Shown: positions 52,280 to 59,829 of the stretch, piece after piece
How the letters are laid out: every line of letters starts with the position of its first letter
How positions within the stretch are numbered: the first letter of the stretch is position 1
NCBI GenBank assembly: GCA_043744075.1
Contig: JAYTVL010000118.1
Coordinates: forward strand, 9,191-73,190
From: Pirellula sp.
Lineage (GTDB): Bacteria; Planctomycetota; Planctomycetia; Pirellulales; Pirellulaceae
Direction of reading: 5' to 3'
DNA length: 64,000 bases
Position numbers and translations under genes: made by a program
Notes under the pieces: generated by a model
Databases searched by the model: none
Seen by the model: only the letters and a program-made list of their open reading frames with translations
What the model was told of the DNA's origin: nothing

Positions 52280-53635
52280 TCAGCACTCGTATACCTCCAT
52301 TTCCGGAACCATTTCTTTGCTTGCGTGACAAATGTCCGTGAACTTGTTAACTGCACAAGCTGCACAAATTGCGGCACCCAACTCACCCGTTCCCGAGTTG
52401 GACGGATGGAGTAGCTGCATCCCGTCTGAGACTTGCGATCGAATTTGAAGGTAGCGTAGTCCTTCACTGAGGCCACCCGTCACCAGTACACGACGCGATG
52501 TGAGGTTCAATTGTTCGACTCTCTCATGAGCAATGCTTGCCACACGCTGCAGCACGGCATCCACCAAGTCCGCTCGGCTCGTGTTCATATCCAATCCTTT
52601 TACTGTTACGTCCGATTCCCCAAACGTGGTCTTGCGACCGAGAATGCCTAACGAAATACTCAATAGACTTGGTTTAGCTTGAGGAATTCTAAGCAACTCG
52701 TCAAATTCCGATTTCGAGAACTGCAACAGTTCCGAGACTTTGTCAAGAACAAGGCCGGCGGTCTCGATGCTGGAAAAAGAAATGTCGTTCATAGACACAA
52801 AAGGATCACTTTGTGGTTTGCTCCATGCGCCAGCAGACTTTGGATCGTTGTTTTGGGTGGTTATCTGCACATAGGACGTCCCCCCGATTTCAAAAACTAC
52901 GTCCCTGTCCAACAGCAACCCGGCTCCAAGCACCGAAACTAGCGCGTCATTACCGCCGACGCAAACAATTGATTCTGCGAGGAGATTCTCTGGCGACAGT
53001 TCTTTTCCGACTTCCCTCAATAGTTGACCCGCGTTGTGCTGCGGACGGAGTGGAGTAGCATACTCTGGAGGCAATCTTTGGTGTTGGGCCTCGCCTAACG
53101 CCTCGAATAGTGACCATCTATCAGGCGGGACCCCCCAAGTGAAGTCGCTAATGCTGTTCGAAAGCGTCATGACACCTGTTAGCTTGTGCACTAACCAACT
53201 CACACCTTCGACAATTACGAATTTCTTTTTAACATTATTCGCAAGCCATAATGCTTTTGGCGCCATGTGCTCCGAGGAAACATCGAAGCCCGCTGCCCGA
53301 AGCTCATTGGCCTCGGCTTGGGCGCGATTGTCCATCCAGAGAATAGCCAGCCCGATGGGATCAAGATCGTTCGGCGAGCATGGCACTAGAGTACTTGACG
53401 TGCCGCAGATCCCAATTGCCTTAATGGGTTCTCTTCGATGAGCGACGGTAGTCAGAACCCTAGCTACCGTTTTCTTCAGTCCGACCCACCAGTCAACAGG
53501 ATTCTGCTCTGCGATAACTGCCGATGGAAAATGCGTGGATAGCCGTTCGCTTGCTCGAGCAAGACTGGTTCCATTGTCATCAAAGCATGAAGCTCTAACT
53601 CCATGAGTCCCGCAGTCGATACCCAAAAACAGCAT
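52280..53635 (-). CDS. FGGY family carbohydrate kinase
   Basis: LGIDCGTHGVRA, AEQNP.DWW, ILWMDNRA, GGNDA, GGTS, VTGG, GELGAAICA. Confidence 0.92.
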   Translation of the reverse strand: MLFLGIDCGTHGVRASCFDDNGTSLARASERLSTHFPSAVIAEQNPVDWWVGLKKTVARVLTTVAHRREPIKAIGICGTSSTLVPCSPNDLDPIGLAILWMDNRAQAEANELRAAGFDVSSEHMAPKALWLANNVKKKFVIVEGVSWLVHKLTGVMTLSNSISDFTWGVPPDRWSLFEALGEAQHQRLPPEYATPLRPQHNAGQLLREVGKELSPENLLAESIVCVGGNDALVSVLGAGLLLDRDVVFEIGGTSYVQITTQNNDPKSAGAWSKPQSDPFVSMNDISFSSIETAGLVLDKVSELLQFSKSEFDELLRIPQAKPSLLSISLGILGRKTTFGESDVTVKGLDMNTSRADLVDAVLQRVASIAHERVEQLNLTSRRVLVTGGLSEGLRYLQIRSQVSDGMQLLHPSNSGTGELGAAICAACAVNKFTDICHASKEMVPEMEVYEC

Positions 53636-53851
53636 TGTTCCACTCCGTCTCTATTTACGTGCTCTTGGTCATACCGCATGCATCTACGATCCGTGATCTC
53701 CACGGTTTAGTCCGACTTTGTGTCCAGCCGCATTGAAGCTTGCACAATCATTTGATATGTTCGATAGAAGAGCAAATGACTGATCCATGCTTGCAAAGGC
53801 TAAACTAAACCGAAATTGTATCTTTTTTGTCGTAAGATGGGAGCCCGCTTG

Positions 53852-54529
53852 ATGTTAACTGAACAAATGGTGCGTGCATACATCGAATCTCTGACTAAGC
53901 CTGAGTCTCAAGGGATGGTCGAAATTCGGCGGGCCATTACTGAGCAAGGTGCTGAACACGAGGAGATATTTCCTTCGCAAGCGGCCATACTAGAAATGTT
54001 TATTGTTGCGAGGAACGCCAACCGAGTCTTAGAACTAGGCACAGCGTACGGCTATAGCGGCGCGGCTATTGTTGCGGCCCTCCACAAAAATGGTGGCGGA
54101 AAGTTTATCTCTGTCGAGCTTGACTCTAGACGTGCGGACTATTCACGATCAACGCTTAGTAAGCTATCCGCTACGGTATCTGTCGATGTAATCGAAGGCA
54201 ATGATAATTCAATTTGCCAGAAACTCATCGACGAAGGACAAAAATTTGACCTGATTTTTGTAGATAGCTCAGAAGCGAATTACCTCTCGCTATACGACGG
54301 ATGTACCAGCCTCCTGACAGATCGCGGTGTTTTAATCTACGACAACGTTTTAATGCTCACGGTCAAAGGATGGACCAATGGATCCAATGTTATAGAGAAC
54401 TCATCCGACCCGGTATTGAGAACCCTTAGCGAGCTAGTTACGAGAGCTTTATCTGACGACCGCATGGCAACTGCGATCTTTGGATCTGGAAGCGGGCTAC
54501 TTGTCTGTGCCAAGAGACTGGCCCACTGA
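53852..54529 (+). CDS. SAM-dependent O-methyltransferase (COMT/CCoAOMT-like)
   Basis: RVLELGTAYGYS, SVELD, FDLIFVDS...NY, L...GVLIYDNVL, GSGL. Confidence 0.9.
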   Translation: MLTEQMVRAYIESLTKPESQGMVEIRRAITEQGAEHEEIFPSQAAILEMFIVARNANRVLELGTAYGYSGAAIVAALHKNGGGKFISVELDSRRADYSRSTLSKLSATVSVDVIEGNDNSICQKLIDEGQKFDLIFVDSSEANYLSLYDGCTSLLTDRGVLIYDNVLMLTVKGWTNGSNVIENSSDPVLRTLSELVTRALSDDRMATAIFGSGSGLLVCAKRLAH

Positions 54530-54923
54530 AAACAACCCAATTCGACTAAACAATTCCACTGCCACTCCGCCCCCGAGCCGGCGGGTAACGTATCCGTCGA
54601 TTCTTGCCCGTTACTCCGAGGAAACTGCAGTGTCGCTCGAACTGGTCGGGGCATTGACGGGAAGAACTGTCGAATAACAAACCGGGATACACACAGCTGA
54701 CAGTTTGGGCGCGTGAAAACTGTGTCACTTTGACTTACCAACCTTTGGCCAATTGGAACCCCGACCTGCCGATCTCTAAATGTAAGAAGGAGGGCGTGTC
54801 CTGAGCATGCAACGGGCAGCGGTTCCAAGCGTCCATCGCAAGCAATACGGCATTTTACTTGCATCGAATACCGCTTCGAAGGTGCGCCACCACTCCAAAA
54901 ACCCGATGACTCCCTTCGCGTTT

Positions 54924-55158
54924 CATAGACACACTTTTTGCCACGCCCCCACCTCCCAACAACCAAATACACCAAACCCTACTCTATCCGTCGGCAGACT
55001 TTGATTTTACCACGGCGTAAAGGTCCGCTGAAGCCTTCGTAAACTACGGCTTCTCTCTCACGGTCTCCGACCGCTCAAACCGCTGCTGCTTTTTGATTCT
55101 CAAAAAGGCTCCACCTTGACTTGCCGTGCATTCAAACCTCTTGAGCCGACGGCAGGCT
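54924..55158. repeat. Conserved upstream repeat, copy 2 (before ArdC-like gene)
   Basis: Direct repeat of 43744..43979 with the same nested stems. Confidence 0.9.
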
Positions 55159-55210
55159 TAAAACTCAACAAACTGCTGCTAAGCCGGGCAGCAAAAACAA
55201 GGAGAAGACT

Positions 55211-56038
55211 ATGAAACGAGACGAAGCAATGCAAATCACAGAGCGCTCACTTGCTCAATTAAATGAGTCCCTAAAGAACGGGAAAAGCGAATCCTTCCAC
55301 GCGTACCTAAACACCATCGCACAATTCCCGAGATACAGCTTTAGAAACCTACTCTTAATCGAGCAACAGTTCCCAACGGCTACGCGAGTTGCGGGCTACA
55401 ACGCATGGCGAAAACTAGGACGCTGGGTTAAAGAAGGTGAATCCGGAATTGGGATCATTGCACCACTTGCAATTCGAGCGAAAGGGAATACGGACGATGA
55501 CGAAGTCTTTGGCTTCAGAATCATTCACGTATTCGATGTCAGCCAAACAGATGGTGCTCCGCTTCCAAGCCTTGCACGGCCTACGGGAGATCCTCTAGAC
55601 AGCATCCGCTTCCTTGAGATGGTGTATTCTAAACTCGGTATTCATTTGGAAATCGTAGACTTACCCAGAGGCCACTTTGGTCGTTCACGCGGCGGACATG
55701 TGCAAATTAACTCGGAACTCACAGTAGCCGAGCACTTCCAAACCATGGTTCATGAGCTTGCTCACGAACTTCTTCACACCTCTCCTTCGGAAAACAAGTT
55801 GCGTGCTTCAAAGCGGGCTGAAGAGCTAGAGGCAGAATCCGTATCTTATGTGGTGTCAATGGCCAACGGAGTGGAATGCAGGGACGCAAGCTGCGACTAC
55901 ATCCACCTCTACCAAGGGGACGAAACGTTACTTGCAGACTCGTTGGAGCGAATTAGGAAAACTGCGGTTACCATCCTAACCCACATAAGTGACGCGAAAG
56001 AATCCTGCGAAGTCTCAGAGGTGAACCATGCAGCATAA
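55211..56038 (+). CDS. ArdC-like ssDNA-binding / metallopeptidase protein (second copy)
   Basis: FPRYSFRNLLLI..Q.P.ATRVAGY..WR.LGR.VK.GE.GI.I.AP; VFDVSQTDG; HELAH...ELEAESVSY; AGGAG RBS. Confidence 0.85.
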   Translation: MKRDEAMQITERSLAQLNESLKNGKSESFHAYLNTIAQFPRYSFRNLLLIEQQFPTATRVAGYNAWRKLGRWVKEGESGIGIIAPLAIRAKGNTDDDEVFGFRIIHVFDVSQTDGAPLPSLARPTGDPLDSIRFLEMVYSKLGIHLEIVDLPRGHFGRSRGGHVQINSELTVAEHFQTMVHELAHELLHTSPSENKLRASKRAEELEAESVSYVVSMANGVECRDASCDYIHLYQGDETLLADSLERIRKTAVTILTHISDAKESCEVSEVNHAA

Positions 56039-56423
56039 GACTCGCACCTGGAAAGTCACTTCCATCACTTCCTCGTCTGAACTAACAACGCAGCTCACAG
56101 AATATCGGCATTGCTTGTGCAAAGGCTTCTCAGTAGAGCCGTACCTCTTCCTAAATGACTCCGAGAGTGAACAAGATGCAACCTATGCGATTTGCTTGGA
56201 TGAATCCCACAGCTACAAGTTGATTCAGTCGCCTCTAGCTTGCACGATCCGCCAAATCGAGACGAAGACTTTTAAATTCCTTAGCTACTCCGATGCGAAA
56301 ACCGAAGTCGATGCGGTGCTAGCTGGAAGATACAACTTCTATCACTTTGGGACCATTGCTCACCAGAGGCTTAACTACGGGCCAAGAAGAATACTTTGCA
56401 ATCAGTGTATCCAAACCTACTGA
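56028..56423 (+). CDS. Hypothetical protein coupled to ArdC copy 2
   Basis: ATG overlaps the ArdC end; 131 aa with C-terminal H...C..C. Confidence 0.6.
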   Translation: MQHKTRTWKVTSITSSSELTTQLTEYRHCLCKGFSVEPYLFLNDSESEQDATYAICLDESHSYKLIQSPLACTIRQIETKTFKFLSYSDAKTEVDAVLAGRYNFYHFGTIAHQRLNYGPRRILCNQCIQTY

Positions 56424-56605
56424 TAGACCTCGCTAGTGCTAGTACCAATTCTTGCTACCTAATCTCATGCAACCAATTGAGCATTTCCAATTTAACTTCA
56501 CGATAAAGATGGCGGCATTTACCACCAACAATCGCTAAGTGCTTTTCGATGTCTTCACCCCAAGAGTCGAAAAAGAATCCTCTCCTCAGCACACGACGAT
56601 CGTAT

Positions 56606-56721
56606 CACGGCGTAAAGGTCCGCTGACGCCCACTAAAGCGGGCTTCTCTCTCACGGCCTCCGACCGTTCGAGCCGCTGCTGCTTTTTGCTTCTCAAAAAG
56701 ACTCCACCTTGACTTGCCGTG
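56606..56721. repeat. Conserved upstream repeat, copy 3 (core only)
   Basis: CACGGCGTAAAGGTCCGCTGA...GCCGCTGCTGCTTTTTG.TTCTCAAAAAG.CTCCACCTTGACTTGCCGTG. Confidence 0.88.
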
Positions 56722-56817
56722 AACCGTTCTCGCCAGTCGCATCGGCAAGCAGTACATTGCAAACAGTCTCTACATATAGCCGAGTGTAGGGTCAATAAAA
56801 TATAGGAAAACACGATT

Positions 56818-57336
56818 ATGGCAATAACAGTTGATGAAAAAAAATATTGGAAAGAACGCATCGCACGAAAGGTTGATCGAGCCATCGACGAGTTACTCGT
56901 TACTAACGACCCGACATTCAAGACGCGCATCACAATTGAAGCCAGAACACGAGCAATTCAAGCACTTGAAATCGAAGAGCCATTCAACCGCACCCGAGAG
57001 ATCGACAAACAGATTCAAGAACTCTTCGATGAACGTTCAAGTTCATTTCGCAAAATGGCAGTACTGTTAGACTATTTAGCAAGACTACCGACGTACTTCG
57101 GATCGACGGAGCATTTTATCGCAAAGGCAATCGATGATCGCCAATCCCTCTACGAAATCGAGTTAATGAATGAATCGCCGCTTGGGAACCAGATTCAACA
57201 ACTGATGCAAAAAAAGGAAGAACTCATCGACGCATCAATGCTAGCAACTTCAACTTCGCAAATCGCCACACTTTGGTCACGCATTACGTCGCTGTTTGGT
57301 GATTCGGAAACCGAAGTCGAAACCGATAACGAATAG
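56818..57336 (+). CDS. Hypothetical helical protein
   Basis: AGGA RBS; TV.EK.YWKERI..K.D.AI pattern; downstream of repeat copy 3. Confidence 0.7.
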   Translation: MAITVDEKKYWKERIARKVDRAIDELLVTNDPTFKTRITIEARTRAIQALEIEEPFNRTREIDKQIQELFDERSSSFRKMAVLLDYLARLPTYFGSTEHFIAKAIDDRQSLYEIELMNESPLGNQIQQLMQKKEELIDASMLATSTSQIATLWSRITSLFGDSETEVETDNE

Positions 57337-57679
57337 AACCCTCGGGATGCCTATAGATCAAGAGTTGATTCAAAGGCGTCCCATTTTTTGTAATAAGCTT
57401 ATCGCCTCTGTCGTCACTAATCGTTTCCAGCGTTACACAAATGGCCACCAAGGAAGTCTCCCACCTCAGCTGCCATTTATTGCAACGCCTAATTCTTGGA
57501 GCACAAACTAAGCATTCGCAACAAGAAACGCCAACGCTATTCGTCCGACGTTGTTCACTACTGCTTTTTTGCAAACCGCCTCTAATCGCCGTTAAGTTTC
57601 CGGCACGTATTTAGTCCCTCTCTTGCTCCTTTCAATTGTTGCAAACAATTCCATTCTAGCGAGGATAACTGTATTTGCC

Positions 57680-57784
57680 AAAGCTCCACCTTACTCGAAG
57701 CCCTGCCGTTGGTCGGTGAAGAGCAGCCAAGGGGACGCCAAGGTACTTGTCATCGCCCTTGCAATCGCTTCGACTGTGCTCTTC
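57680..57784. promoter_or_regulatory. Degenerate stem-loop relative of the upstream repeats, before SSB-like gene
   Basis: AAGCTCCACCTTAC resembles the repeat core; stems GAAGAGCA(57718-25)/TGCTCTTC(57777-84) and CAAGGG/CCCTTG. Confidence 0.45.
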
Positions 57785-57891
57785 TTCCTCCCGCCAAGCG
57801 GGGCTTCTCGCTTTCCTCTTCATTAGTTTTTTATGTCCATCAGCTTGCCAGTGAATGAACAATAAAAACCTAATAAAAAGGAAAAAACAAA

Positions 57892-58119
57892 ATGGCAAAT
57901 AAACCAGTATACTCAACTCGCTTAAACAGAATCGAAGTTGCGATTTGGAAAAACGAAACGGAAGCTGCGATTTGGCACAACGTGACGTTCCAAAGAACGT
58001 ATCGCGATGAGGCAGGCGAAATGAAAAGCACCAACAACTTCAAGATCGACGATCTTCCAGCGTTGGCGTTCTTATCAGCCAAAGCTTATGACTTCTTAGC
58101 TACATCGAAAGAAGAATAG
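57892..58119 (+). CDS. Small putative ssDNA-binding protein (paralog of 11987..12262)
   Basis: RIEVAIWKN...HNVTFQRTYRD..GEMKSTNNF..DDLP; AAGGA RBS. Confidence 0.65.
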   Translation: MANKPVYSTRLNRIEVAIWKNETEAAIWHNVTFQRTYRDEAGEMKSTNNFKIDDLPALAFLSAKAYDFLATSKEE

Positions 58120-58132
58120 GCTTCCCAATCCT

Positions 58133-58177
58133 GCCACCTTGAGGGAGACATCCTCCTTCGAGGTGGCCTTTTTATTT
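58133..58177 (+). terminator. Intrinsic terminator
   Basis: 15-bp stem GCCACCTTGAGGGAG-ACATC-CTCCTTCGAGGTGGC (with G-U pairs) followed by CTTTTTATTT. Confidence 0.75.
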
Positions 58178-58283
58178 CTCCTGCTCCCCAAACGCAGCCT
58201 AGGCACTTTCGGAACAAGTTCCTTAAGTGATGGAATCCGAGCGGCTATCAAAATACACGCCCGCTCCACCTGTCGCATACTCT

Positions 58284-58324
58284 CGGCAAATCAAGGTCCG
58301 CTTCGCTCTCCACCTTGACATGCC
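58284..58324. repeat. Minimal version of the upstream repeat core
   Basis: CGGCAAA-TCAAGGT-CCGCTTCGCTCTCC-ACCTTGA-CATGCC shares AAGGTCCGCT and CTCCACCTTGAC with the long copies and contains a perfect TTGACA. Confidence 0.6.
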
Positions 58325-58708
58325 TCTAGCCTCACCCTCTCTGCTCCCCAGCTTAAGTGCCTTATTGCTTCGGTCATACCTCACTCACTCTTCCCTAAAC
58401 TACGGGAGGCTTCGGCTAGCAAGTCTGCGGAGTGACTGCATTCCGTGACATTGTCCCGTATTCGCCCACACAATAGACGAACGTCTGAGCTAGCTCTAAG
58501 ACCTGGCTGTTCGCTGAACGCTTGCCATAGCCATCCCACATAAGCTTTCAGGTGACTATTTTGTGGGCATCCTCTAAACTCGAAACCTTTTAGAACAAGT
58601 ACTTCCGAAACACCAGCATGCAATAGATTAGCCCCACAAGCTCAGCTAGCCCAGGGATCAAAAGAAATGCAACGGCTAACAACAATGACCAAAAGACCTG
58701 ACATGGGA

Positions 58709-59401
58709 TCATATGGCTGCCTCCGCAAGCTCACTTGTAACTTCGTATACCTTGACCGGCTTTCGCCTTAGCCCAAGTTTGGAATATGGTACGGGCTCAA
58801 AGCCATGTGGCTGTCGCATTTTGTTTACCATTCGGGCAAGAATTAGGATCTGGCGGCGAATCGGGGCATACCGAGCATAGGGTAGTTTCCGAAACTCAGA
58901 CGCCAGTGCTTCAGCCGTTCGATGTGGGGCAAGACTTTCAAAAAACGCTTTGAGTTGCACGTACGTCTTGCCCTCGATTCGGACATGGGCACAGAATCGA
59001 TCGGCCGTTCTGCCAGCTTCTTGAACGCCCGCTCTTCGGTACGAGATCGAGTAATCCCCGAGCCTGATCGAATGGCGCCTCGCATCTTTTAGCGATTCTT
59101 TCTCCCCGCCTTGAGAGGCCGGAAGTTTGATTTTGTGATGCCCATCACTGGCCATAATGATGAACCAGTTGCCGCACCGTAAGTAGTGGGCGTTAGCCAA
59201 TCCTGCCTTCTTCCTTCTTCGTCTCTCCCATTCGCTAACGTCAATTTGGTACTTCTCGATAAGTTTCGAATCGATTGACTCAGCCGCTTTCCCCTCTGGG
59301 ATTCGCCCGGTAACAAACCAGTAAAATCCGTGTCTCAGGTAACTTGCGGCTATCAACTGGATCGCGCCTTCCATACTCGCTGCTCGATAAAGGTATGCCA
59401 T
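58709..59401 (-). CDS. Conserved-looking hypothetical basic protein downstream of the structured RNA locus
   Basis: AGGAGG RBS before ATG 59401; Arg/Lys/aromatic rich (SYLRHGFYWFVTGRIP, KY.I..S...R.RRKKAGLAN.HYLR). Confidence 0.75.
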   Translation of the reverse strand: MAYLYRAASMEGAIQLIAASYLRHGFYWFVTGRIPEGKAAESIDSKLIEKYQIDVSEWERRRRKKAGLANAHYLRCGNWFIIMASDGHHKIKLPASQGGEKESLKDARRHSIRLGDYSISYRRAGVQEAGRTADRFCAHVRIEGKTYVQLKAFFESLAPHRTAEALASEFRKLPYARYAPIRRQILILARMVNKMRQPHGFEPVPYSKLGLRRKPVKVYEVTSELAEAAI

Positions 59402-59829
59402 ATTCCTCCTAAAGAAATTCCGTTTCAAAAAATGGACGTTGATTCGTAGTGGCAAATGCCCCTACTCGCTCATACGTCCAAAGCGATACCTTGACTGACA
59501 AACAGGCTCTCTGCCGTTTGTGCGATTAACCTTGCGAAACCAAACAAAGGTCTCAAAGCAAAGAACCACACTTGCGACTTCGAACAACGCGGACTGCTAT
59601 GCTTTATTGCAATGCACCGCTTTCTACAGTGCATGTATGCAATTCATAGTAGCCGCTTTTGAAAACCTTCGGCAATCGCTAACGCGTCCGCAAGACGCAA
59701 CTATAGCGATCGCCGTCAGACACGCTGTTTCAAGTAAAATGCTCGCCAAAGCTTTTCACCTCAAACCGCTTGCTGTTGCCAACCACGGCCACCGAAAACG
59801 GGAGGAAGAACATATCGCTAATCGCGATC

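Noticed and set aside
43744-58324. CRISPR array interpretation of the repeats
   Set aside because: Copies are 116-235 bp, kilobases apart and separated by whole genes; no cas genes.
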